From a virus (Duplodnaviria; Caudoviricetes): a DNA stretch of 43,334 nt. This document shows positions 1-9,500 of this stretch, one piece after another (positions within the stretch are counted from its first letter, which is position 1; each line of letters starts with the position of its first letter). The DNA lies in IMG/VR virus record IMGVR_UViG_3300044454_000087, positions 1-43,334 of that record. One strand, 5' to 3'. Under the pieces are notes generated by a model that saw only the letters and a list, made by a program, of their open reading frames with translations, made no database searches and was not told the origin of the DNA. The translations under genes and the position numbers were made by a program.

Positions 1-672
1 CTCGGCGAGCAGTTGCTTGTCCTCGTCGAACGAGGTCCGGTGGTAGGCAGCCACCATGTGGTAGCCCGTCACCAGGTCAGCACTCACCAGACTCAGGTCG
101 TAGCCGTACCCGTGGTACTTGGCATAGCGACCCGCCTCCCTCAGTCCGTTGTACTGGCTGATGAAACCGGAACGCCAGGCGTTGCGCTTGCCTGGCATCA
201 GGGGCAAGGGACCTGCGAGGTCGTACCCGGGGAACAGGTACGGACGCAGGTCCCGGTAGGTGTCGGTCTCCATGTCGTAGCCCATGCCCAGCAGTCCGAA
301 GTCGAACGACTCCAGTACCTGGGCAAGGGATGTGGTCGGGTGACCGTCGACGATCTTGTAGACGACGTTGACCTCGACCCCACTGAGAGACTCCATCTTC
401 ATGGAGTTGGTGTGCCAGCCCTTGAAGCCGTAGCGCAGCCACCGTTCCCAGACACGGGCGAAGCGATCGTCCATGACGTAGCCGTTGTTGAGCAGGGTCT
501 GGATCGTGGAGATCAGTACCTGCTCGGTCGGCACGAACACGTCGAGATCGGAGTAACCGTCAGGCAGGCCATGCGCCTGCGCTGCTACACAGGAGCCGGC
601 GATGAACACCGGACTCCTGTGTAGCAACGGTTGGACGCTGGCGAGGGCCTGACTCGGAGTCAGGTTCGCCAT
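1..672 (-). CDS. Pol-beta superfamily nucleotidyltransferase, CCA-adding/poly(A) polymerase-like head domain (partial, runs off left edge)
   Basis: Not in the ORF track; translated by hand. ATG at 672 follows a GAGGAGG RBS and the frame is open to the window edge. MANLTPSQ...VFIAGSCVAAQAHGLPDGYSDLDVFVP fits hG[GS]x9-13DhDh; the downstream VLESFDFG resembles the class II RDFT-type motif. Confidence 0.75.
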   Translation of the reverse strand, partial: MANLTPSQALASVQPLLHRSPVFIAGSCVAAQAHGLPDGYSDLDVFVPTEQVLISTIQTLLNNGYVMDDRFARVWERWLRYGFKGWHTNSMKMESLSGVEVNVVYKIVDGHPTTSLAQVLESFDFGLLGMGYDMETDTYRDLRPYLFPGYDLAGPLPLMPGKRNAWRSGFISQYNGLREAGRYAKYHGYGYDLSLVSADLVTGYHMVAAYHRTSFDEDKQLLAE

Positions 673-675
673 GTG

Positions 676-993
676 TCAGACCTCCTCGGCCTCTGCCTCG
701 GTGAAGGTCAGCTGGCTGGTGTCGACGGACTCGACAGCCAGATCAGCCAGCTCGGCGTCCAGATCGGCACGCCTCTCCTCGAGCTTCGCGATCTTGGCAT
801 CGCGAACGGCGGTGGCCTTCTCGACCGCAGCAGTGCAGACCTCGTCGGCCTTGGCGATGCGGGCGTCGACCGCGGCGATGGCCTCGACCAGGTAGTTGAC
901 ACGGGTGGTCGACTTCTCGGCCTCCTTGGCGCGGGCCTCGGCCAGCTTGGCCTCGAGTGCCGCGATCATGTCGGCGTTGGACTTGCGGGGCAT
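676..993 (-). CDS. hypothetical coiled-coil protein (105 aa)
   Basis: Start reassigned to ATG 993 (MPRKSNADM...) after GAGGAGG; Ala/Glu/Lys-rich helical sequence; stop lies 3 nt from the next leftward gene. Confidence 0.8.
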   Translation of the reverse strand: MPRKSNADMIAALEAKLAEARAKEAEKSTTRVNYLVEAIAAVDARIAKADEVCTAAVEKATAVRDAKIAKLEERRADLDAELADLAVESVDTSQLTFTEAEAEEV

Positions 994-1497
994 AGCTTCC
1001 TCCTCATGAGATGGATCCACCCTCGGTTGCGAGGGAGGTTGTGGCCCAGCCTGCATCCAGTGCTGAAGACGTAGATGCAGGCCGGGAGTCTATGAGCGGT
1101 GGCTCCTGACCTGAGTGCACAGGGCAGGAGCCTGGTCCGGGGCTCTCCCGGTGTGAGGGTCATCTGGACCCAGTCACGCTTGCTCAAGGCGTGACATCCC
1201 ACTCTGTCGAGGTGGTACCCGCCGGATGTGCTGCACTGCGCAGAGCCGGAGTAGTAGTCGCCTGCTCTTGTGGCAGGCGGAAGCGTAGCGGGAGATGACG
1301 GCCCAGCTCAGCTGTGATGCGCTCCCGCACGCTCACATGTACACGTCCCAAGCCAGCCCGCTCTCGTGGGGCTGCCAACGCCGGGGATCTCCCGGTCTAG
1401 AGGGTGCTGACCGTGCACGGGACACGAGCCCATGCCGCCAGCTCTGGGTTCGGCTCCGTGGCCAACCCCCAGGTTCACCTGCTCAGTGGCAGGTGGG
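994..1497 (-). other. hairpin-rich intergenic region, candidate structured RNA or cis-element
   Basis: No convincing gene. Consecutive inverted repeats include duplicated hairpin motifs at 1137-1151/1381-1395 and 1259-1279/1476-1495. Confidence 0.4.
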
Positions 1498-1584
1498 TCA
1501 GTCGAGCATCAGGTAGATGGCTCGGGCCATGATGGCAAGCCAGCCGAGGATCAGTGGACCGTCGATCCACCAGACGCCGGTCAT
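1498..1584 (-). CDS. small hydrophobic peptide (28 aa)
   Basis: MTGVWWIDGPLILGWLAIMARAIYLMLD; its ATG overlaps the stop of the upstream gene (ATGA coupling). Below the ORF-track cutoff. Confidence 0.5.
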   Translation of the reverse strand: MTGVWWIDGPLILGWLAIMARAIYLMLD

Positions 1585-1931
1585 CGGTTCTGTCCCCAGT
1601 CCTCATCGACTGCGTCGAGCCAACTGTCGACAGCCTGCTTGGCTGTCATGGTGGGGAACGGGTCAGCCTTCAGCTTCTCGTACGGCAGCACAGGAAGCGA
1701 AGCGTCCTGGTGCTTGAGGTACCAGGCGATGGCGCACACACGCTCGTCATGACGTGAGTGTGGTGACGGCAGTGGACACTGCAGTCGAGGTGGTGAATCG
1801 GCCCACACCTTGGGAAGTTCCGGTGCCATTCTTCGCACGCTTCGGCGGAAGAGGAAGTCACGGACCTCGACGATGGCATATGGAATGCCAACACCGAGTA
1901 TGACTCCCATCATGAATGAGAACATATCCAT
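1581..1931 (-). CDS. hypothetical protein with N-terminal transmembrane helix (116 aa)
   Basis: ATG 1931 after GAGGAG; MDMFSFMMGVILGVGIPYAIV hydrophobic segment followed by basic residues. Confidence 0.7.
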   Translation of the reverse strand: MDMFSFMMGVILGVGIPYAIVEVRDFLFRRSVRRMAPELPKVWADSPPRLQCPLPSPHSRHDERVCAIAWYLKHQDASLPVLPYEKLKADPFPTMTAKQAVDSWLDAVDEDWGQNR

Positions 1932-1979
1932 TCTTTCTCTCCTCAATCTTTGATTGAACTCTTTCTTTCTCCCTATATC

Positions 1980-2066
1980 ACAACAGTCTCTTTCTGTTGT
2001 AGCGACGCATCGCTACACCCGACGCATCGGGTAGGAAGAAGCATCTTCAGGTGCCACGCCTGGCAC
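1980..2066. promoter_or_regulatory. array of five back-to-back short hairpins upstream of the leftward operon
   Basis: acaacag/ctgttgt (1980-2000); tgtagcga-cgca-tcgctaca (1998-2017); acccga-cgca-tcgggt (2017-2032); gaaga-agca-tcttc (2035-2048); gtgcca-cgcc-tggcac (2051-2066). Confidence 0.5.
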
Positions 2067-2134
2067 TAGGTGGAGTTGGAACGACAGAGAGAGTGGTTAC
2101 AGTGAGTGAAGAGATGTCACTGAGAGTTGGAAAG

Positions 2135-2301
2135 TGTAGACACGTAGACAGGTGTAGACACCGATTCCCCTATTTACCTCTTCTCTCTCTCTACCATATA
2201 TATATAAGGTGAAGAGTGAGTGTCTACATGTCTACAACACGGGTCACAAGCACGAAAAGTGTAGACAACCGTGGTGTCTACACGATGTCTACATGTCTAC
2301 A
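2135..2301 (-). repeat. TGTAGACA nine-box element, copy 1
   Basis: TGTAGACA at 2135, 2143 (cGTAGACA), 2153 and 2260; TGTCTACA at 2221, 2229, 2275, 2286 and 2294; AT-rich 60-bp core at 2161-2220. Confidence 0.95.
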
Positions 2302-2544
2302 TCACACGGCGAGCCTGCACGGTGAGGAGACTCACCCTGCCTGCACAGTCTGATTCGTACAGATGTACGTAGAAGAATGTGAATCTTCACAGCCATTCCA
2401 AAAGACACATGCACACATGACTCGTCAGTGGATGCCGGCCGCTCGGTAGCCCGAGACGCAAACGTCACGCGACTAGACGAGTTGGTTCTGGTTTAGTCGA
2501 ATCAAGTCGTCAACATGTGTACATGTGAAAAAAGGAATGGATGT

Positions 2545-2592
2545 GAAGAAGAGAGAGCCCAAGACCGTGAGGTCCTGGACTCTGTCTTCTTC
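2545..2592 (-). terminator. probable intrinsic terminator/hairpin after the leftward 97-aa gene
   Basis: Minus strand gaagaagacagagtccaggacc-tcac-ggtcttgggctctctcttcttc forms a long stem right after the stop, followed shortly by a T6 run. Confidence 0.55.
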
Positions 2593-2595
2593 TAG

Positions 2596-2889
2596 CTAGC
2601 GCTTGGCCAGCTTGTTGATCCTGGCGAGCCATGCGTCCTCGATTGCCTTCTGCAATGTGGACGAGCGTGCCAGTTGAGCATCCCGTTCCGGGCTTGCCGG
2701 GAGCTTGAGCAGCTCGGAGATGCGATCGCTGTAGAGCGAGGTGGACTCGGGAAGCGCTTCGGTTGCTTCCTTGAGTGTGGCTGTACCCAGCTTGTCCTGG
2801 ATGGTCTGGGCCATGGACTTCTCTCCGGTGCTTTCAGCGACGGCAGAGAGTACGAACTGCTGGGTGATGTCCTGCATGAATGAAGCCAT
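2596..2889 (-). CDS. hypothetical protein (97 aa)
   Basis: ATG preceded by AGGAAGG and an A/C-rich unstructured leader; phage-like codon usage; followed by a terminator-like hairpin. Confidence 0.8.
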   Translation of the reverse strand: MASFMQDITQQFVLSAVAESTGEKSMAQTIQDKLGTATLKEATEALPESTSLYSDRISELLKLPASPERDAQLARSSTLQKAIEDAWLARINKLAKR

Positions 2890-2959
2890 GATGGCGTTCC
2901 TTCCTGGTTGGTTGTGTGTGTGCGTGAGGTGTGACCTGTGTGACTGTTGTGTGTGTTGT

Positions 2960-3090
2960 TGAATCCAAAATCAAAAATGAATCAAGAAAATCAAATGTTA
3001 TAATCTAATCAAATGTATATTATCCCTACTATATACATATATAATGTATAGGGGGTATAGTATGTTTCTTTTGTATTTATTGTATTTGTT
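2960..3090. promoter_or_regulatory. AT-rich divergent control region with extended -10 (TGTTATAAT 2996-3004) and AATC repeats
   Basis: Sharp AT island in a GC-rich genome at the strand switch. TGnTATAAT at 2996-3004 and a second TATAAT at 3040-3045; AATC at 2962, 2969, 2980, 2989, 3002 and 3007. Confidence 0.6.
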
Positions 3091-3428
3091 GGAACCTCTC
3101 ACAAAAGTTTCCATTTTCACACCCTCCACCTACGTTCATCCCTCACAACCGACTCCGAGACCCCCCTGAAGCAGTCCCCACCCAGGTTGAACCTGAGTGG
3201 AGACCCAGCATCACCTGTCCCCACCTCAACATCCGGCACTGCAGAATCAGTCGAATCGGGGTGGACACAGGTCGCCACTGAGCTCCAACCCCGTCAGGGC
3301 TCGACACCACTGCGGTCCCCTATGCTCGCCCGGGGCATCCACACGGGAACCAGGCCGACACGGACCTGAGCCACGCATTGTGTAGGGCGGTTCTGGTGGA
3401 GAGGGTCCGCGAGCAGTAGGCTCACCCC

Positions 3429-3563
3429 ATGCCCTCCCCCAGTGAGCTCATGAAGAAGGCACCTCCGCGCAAGGGCAAGGTCCTCGGCGCCGCGAAGAAG
3501 AAGTCCGGCCCACCGTGGGCGGCCAAGAAGAAGATGCTCAACAAGGGGAAGAAGGGCTGCTAG
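3429..3563 (+). CDS. small Lys-rich basic protein (44 aa; 37 aa if started at 3450)
   Basis: MPSPSELMKKAPPRKGKVLGAAKKKSGPPWAAKKKMLNKGKKGC; Lys codons are AAG as in other phage genes; stop is 1 nt before the giant gene start. Confidence 0.6.
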   Translation: MPSPSELMKKAPPRKGKVLGAAKKKSGPPWAAKKKMLNKGKKGC

Positions 3564-3564
3564 C

Positions 3565-6500
3565 GTGGCGGACTTCACGAAGCCCAGCGAGCTCGGCCGC
3601 GCCGCAGAGAACCCCGCGGCTCCTGCTGGCCTGAAGCAGACGGCCGGTCGGATGAAGACCGGGCAGGAGCGCTTCCTGGCAGGGGAGTCGAAGCTGGCTC
3701 CGTGGCTGCCGAAGGACAGCATGCTCGAGACTGCCCAGTCCTGGTACGGCGGGCAGAACACCGAGGGCGTGAAGAACGGCTGGGACACCAACTTCTACTC
3801 CACGATGTTCGCCCAGCGCGACGAGTGGGTGAACAAGGCGCAGGCGGAGAACAGCAACCAGCGCTTCTACGACTGGCTCAACCCGCAGGTGAATCCGAAC
3901 GCCACCGGAGTCGTGGCCTGGGGTGCGGATCCCACCAAGACGGACAAGAACTACCAGGGTGACCGTTTCGGTGACGTCTACCAGAACGGCAAGAAGGTCG
4001 CCAACGTCTACGACGACTACGACCCTGCCACGGCCGACGTGATGATGGGCGAGTACCTGTTCACCAACGACGAGAAGGAGCGCATGTTCCGCGCCCCGGA
4101 CGCGCGAGAGCAGTACCGGGCGAAGGTCGAGGGATACCGCCAGCAGAACACCGAGGCCAAGGAGTACGGCAAGAGTGCCGAGTCGTTCCAGCGGGAGACC
4201 GAGGCGCGGGAGCGCGCACTGTCCGAGGGCGTCGGCAACGAGGCGCTGATCGCGGGAGCCACAGTCGCCACGGGCGCCACGGTGCTGGGCGGTATCGCCA
4301 GCGCTGCGGCAGTCTCCGGTGCTGCGTTCTCCTGGACCGGCCCCGGTGCACTGCTGGCTGCGGCGGCCGGCGGCACGATCGCAGGTATCGCAGCGTGGAT
4401 GAACCAGGATCAGCTGGTCGAGCTCACTGCACGGGCGCAGGAGGTCACCGACCGAAGCGAGGGGTTCTGGCAGACCGCGGGTTCCGCACTCGAGGGTGTA
4501 GGCACGGTCGGCTCGAAGCTGGCGATGCCGTTCTCCAACACGGTGCAGGGCATCTACGAGGTGAACAAGGGTCTGGACAAGGTCGGCGATCACACCTCCG
4601 AGTTCAACAAGGTGGTCGACGGCGAGCGCCAGGCGCCGGGATGGGTGCAGGGTCTGGATGTTGCGGCGGCTCTGACCGATGGGGTGCTGCAGTTCGCCTC
4701 CCCGACCGGGCGCTGGCTGTACATGGGCACGATGGGCACCACGGTTGCGGGCGGCGCGGCCGGCCTGACCAGTGGTGCAGGGTTCAACTACTCGCGCGGC
4801 CAGTTCGACAAGTACGAGAACTGGAAGGAGTGGTCGGCCGCCATCGGATCCACGGGTATCGACGCGGTGCAGATGGGCATGGCCGGCGCTCTGGCCTCCG
4901 GAGCCCGCACGGCCCGCACGGCTGTGGGCATGGAGTCCTCTCGGGCGGCCACGGCCGGCGAGACCGCGCTGACCCGTGCCGGGGACCGGATCTGGAACAA
5001 GCTGCCCGGCACGAAGAAGATTGAGGGCGAGACGTTCGAGACCGTGAACGGCATGCGGTTCGGGCTGGACTCCTCCGGTCGTGCAGTCAGCAGCAGGTCC
5101 ACGGTGGAGCTGCTGGCCCCGTCCGAGATGCTGCGCTGGATCCCGACCAACTGGCGGGCCCGCGCGCTGAAGAAGTCCGACGAGGGTGCGCTCACTGCTG
5201 ACGACCTGTTCCGCGCCGCGAAGGATCTGTCGAACCCGAGCTCCAAGCTGCAGGGCATGATCCTCACCGGGTACGCGGAAGCGGGTGAGGAGGCGGTGCA
5301 GGCCCTCTTCGACCCGGTGTCGTTCGGTGAGGCTGTGGATCCGCAGGCTGTGTTCCAGGCGGCGGCCTATGGTTTCGCTGGCGGCGCGGGCATGGCTCTG
5401 GGTAGCGCAACGACCCAGCCTTCCAACGCCCGCCAGGAGGAGTACATCGCCCGGTTGGCGCACACGCTGACCAACAACGGGCAGATGATGTCCGACGCGG
5501 AGTGGAAGACGTACTACTCCAGCCTGTCCCCGGCACAGAGGAAGGCACTGGCCAAGACCACCCCGGACCAGCAGAGCCAGATCCAGGGTGTCATCGACTC
5601 CCTGACCGAGCTGCACCAGTTCGATGCCACGCAGACCGCGTTCGGATTGGCCTCCCTGCAGGGCATGAAGATCGCCCAGCGCTGGGAGAAGCTGCACAAC
5701 AAGGCGCTGAAGGAGGGCAACGGCAGCCTGGTGCTGATGGGCATGCCGGCCGACACGATCGTCACGCCGGGCGGGACGAAGGAGTCGTGGCGCTTCCCGC
5801 CGAACGCCGCGGTGATGTCCGCGTTCGAGACGGTCAACCAGATCCGCAACATCAACAAGGGTCTGGCCAAGCAGCGCGACTTCTTCCAGGCGGTCATCGC
5901 CGAGCAGACCAAGGAGCGTGCGCAGACCACGGATCCGGAGCTGCTCGACAAGATCGACCAGCGGATCGCTGATGCGACCGCACGGATGGCCGACCTCGGC
6001 AACCAGCGCACGATCTCCGACCAGATCACCACCGCGTTCGAGGACCTGTACGCCCAGTTCGTGGCGGAGACAGGCTACGACGAGCAGATGAACCTGCTCG
6101 ACGCGATGAACGGGATCCTGCGCAGCGCGTTCAACGGCGAGCTGAAGGATCCGACAGGCACCCTCTACCCGCCGGAGATGCAGACATACGCGCAGCGGTC
6201 CGTGGAGTTGAACCTGGCCCGTCACCCGCTGATCGACAACGGGTCGTTCGCCCTGCTGATGCCGCAGATCTCCCCGGAGCTCACGCGGGTGAACGCGCAC
6301 GGCACGGTGTACACCCACCAGTCGACGCTGAAGACACTCGGTGGCGACCACGACGGCGACACGATGGTCCCGCAGCACGACATCTACCGGGATCCCGCCC
6401 AGCTGCAGGAGCGGCGGCGCGGCACCCAGTACGTGCGGGAGATGACGCTGGCCGAGCGCAAGGACGCAGCCAAGAAGGACCCGCGCATCGACCCGACCAT

Positions 6501-9500
6501 CACCAGGTGGACGGTCGTGGCGGACGCCCCGGACTCGGAGAAGGCGTACGTCCGGACGATGAGCGCGAACCTGCGCAACAGGAACACCGCGTACTTCACG
6601 GCGGTCAACGACGGCATCAAGTCCGTGTGCATGGACTTCTACAACAGGTACGCCACCGATGGCACCAACGCCGGGCCGTTCGCGCCCGAGGTCGTGGTCG
6701 ACCTGCTGCAGGAGTTCGAGGACAACGTCACCGCGGGCAACGAGAACGCGCGCACGATGCTGGTCGAGGGACTGTTCAACGCCACCCCGACCGCAGCACA
6801 GCAGCTGTTCGCAATGGCGGACGGCACCAAGGTCCCCGAGCTGCTGTGGATGATGGGCACGATCAACGTGGCCTGGGATTCGATCCAGCGCCAGTTCGGT
6901 CACCTGTCCGCACTGGACCGCGACGAGGTGAAGCTGGGCGATCCGAACCGGATCCCGGCCGACAACGCCTACCAGGCGAACAAGGCCCGCCTCGATGCAG
7001 CCACAGCGGCCGACGACCTGGCTGCGATCGGCGCTGTGGACCAGACCCGCAGCAAGCAGAGCCTGCACTACTCCGCGTTCTTCCAGTCCTCCACCGAGCT
7101 CGGCCAGATCGCCGACACGGGCTGGACCACGGAGAAGCGCGACCAGCTGACCGAGCTGTACGCCACCCTTGGCACCCTGGACAACCGCACCGACCTCGAG
7201 AAGATCGAGGGCAAGACCGCGATCACCGATCGGGTGGTGCATTGGCTGACCAAGATCGCCGAGACCGTTCCGGGCACCTCGCTGAAGACCCCGGAACTCC
7301 TGCTGCTGCTGGCGAACGTCAAGGTTCCGGACGTCCAGACCAACGAGCTCAATGCCTACGAGCTGTCTGACGGCCGGATCACCCTGCTGCAGCTGCTCCT
7401 GCGCAAGTCCCTCGAGATCGAGCAGGTGAATCAGCGCAAGCTCGGGCCGGACTCGGACGTCATGCTCAAGATCAACAAGCTGATGACGCTGACCCGGCCG
7501 AACGGGGAGAAGTCGAACACCGCGGCCCTGGCCCTGCTCGAGGTCTACGGCAACCACCAGCTGTACCAGCTGATCGGCGACGCCAGCATGTACCTGGGCC
7601 CCCAGGTCACGCTGAACCAGCTGCAGATGCTGCTGACCGGGATGCACTCCGACAGCCGTCGCCGGCTGGTGAACAGCTTCAAGCGCTCCCCGGCATACTT
7701 CAGCCACCACGGAACCGGCGATGCGCCGTGGGATGCCCGGGTGCTGTACACCGGACAGGTCAACGCCTTCACGATGCTGGTGGACGCGGTGGCCTCAGGT
7801 GCGCGCACCTCGTTCCAGGCGATGGAAGGCCGTGACGAATCTGCCCACAAGCAGTTCAAGGATGGTCTGGCCGGGCTGCACGAGTGGATGGACGTATGGC
7901 GCGCGCAGCACTCCGAGCGATTCCAGCGCGAGGGCGAGGTCACCGACCGCGCGGTCCTGCGCGACCTGCTGGCCAAGCGGCCCGAGGTGGCCAGCATGGT
8001 CGTCAACCTGATCCCCGAGACCGCCCAGCTCGGCGTGTTCAAGGTGGTCGGCACCAAGGTGCACACCGCGAAGTGGGTCGAGGAGATGCTCCTCGAGCGG
8101 GACACCGAGCGTGCAGCCAAGATGCTGTTCCTGCACACGAAGCTCTCCGAGTTCAACGTCATGGGCGGCACCATCGACTTCCGGATGGCCGAGGAGGGCT
8201 CACCGCAGAACGGTGCAGTCGGCAAGGTCAGGTATGGGCGGATCGAGTCGCGCTTCCTGCAGGTGATCCACGAGCTCGCCAGCGATTCCGATGGTGTGCG
8301 ACTGGCCGCGTTCCTCAAGATGGCGCACGAGGCACCCGACCTGAAGACGTTGTTCACCCGGCTCAACAACGAGCCCCAGTGGCGCGGTGACCGGGAGCGG
8401 CTGCTGCCCTACCACGACGACGTGAAGCTGTTCGAGGTGGACCCCAAGGACGTGTGGAACCCGGGCATGCCCGGCGCCCTGCAGCGGGAGAACCTCAAGG
8501 GCTGGGGCGAGCGAATGGCCCTGTACGGCGAGCGCGCCCGTGCCGAGGCCGCGGCTCTGGACAGCAACCGCAAGGTCATCGCCAACATGCAGGCGTACTC
8601 CAAGGACCCCAAGGTCGACGTCAGCGGAGCCTCGGTCTTCTACGGCCTGCTCAAGCAGGCAATCGAGAACCGCCGGCGCTTCCCGGACGCCAACGGGCAG
8701 GCCGCCCGCGAGCAGATGGTCGAGCTGCTGCAGGTCGGTCTGGCCCGCATGCACGACAAGGGCAAGGTCGACGAGTCCGCCCGTGCGATGGGCGAGCCGC
8801 TGATCACGATGGACTCCTGGGGCTACAAGAACGGCCTGCTGCTGGAGACCGACGCGCTGACCGTGCGCGACTGGGACGACATCAAGACCAACCTGACGAA
8901 GCTGGTCGAAGGCCCGGTGCGCGTGCAGATGCGCGACGGCTCCATCCTCACGCTCGACATGTCGAACGTGGACACCGCGCTCGAGATGCTGGCCGACCCG
9001 GACACACAGGCGTTCGCCATCGCCGTGCTGTTCCCGAGCGTGCGCGACGTGAACGTCAACGGCGTGGTGCAGACCTATCAGGACGTGGACAACACGGGCC
9101 TGATCGAGGCCATGCTGCAGGAGCAGACGTTCGCCCACCTGTTCAACGACACCGGTGGCTGGTCCTCGCGCGTAGCGCAGGCTCACCGCTACATCGGCAC
9201 GGTCGAGGCGTACGTGCGCAGGGCCTCACTGGATCAGCCTGTCGAGTCCCAGGCCCGGATGTACTTCCCGATCCAGAACATGATCAACGACTTCATCCTG
9301 GCCTACGGTCACTCGCCCAAGGCCGGGAAGGTGGATCCGGAGAAGGTCCGCCAGCAGCTGATCGTGGACGTGGCAGACGCCATCAAGGCAGTCGCCACAC
9401 TGGAGCCGGCTGAGCGCGGCTCACTGCGGGATGCGATCAAGGCCGTGATGCTCCAGCGCTACGGTGGCGATGACTCGCGGGTGTCGGACTTTCTGGCCTC

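Noticed and set aside
13-1074. Plus-strand ORFs 13..624 and 631..1074
   Set aside because: Antisense shadows of the leftward NTase and 105-aa genes, which have clear RBSs and motifs.
2135-2301. TGTAGACA arrays as CRISPR or transposon ends
   Set aside because: Repeats are 8 bp, in mixed orientation with irregular spacers; no cas, transposase or recombinase gene is recognisable in the window.
994-3428. tRNA genes or hammerhead ribozyme in the non-coding regions
   Set aside because: No cloverleaf with a T-loop consensus and no complete CUGANGA/GAAA core found by eye; a tRNAscan/Infernal run would be decisive.
3538-7710. 1390-aa minus-strand ORF and other long antisense ORFs (e.g. 9421..12078, 14605..16065, 19619..21112, 35736..37034)
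   Set aside because: Shadows of strongly GC3-biased sense genes: V/L/R/G-rich composition, no RBS, entirely overlapping well-supported + strand CDSs.
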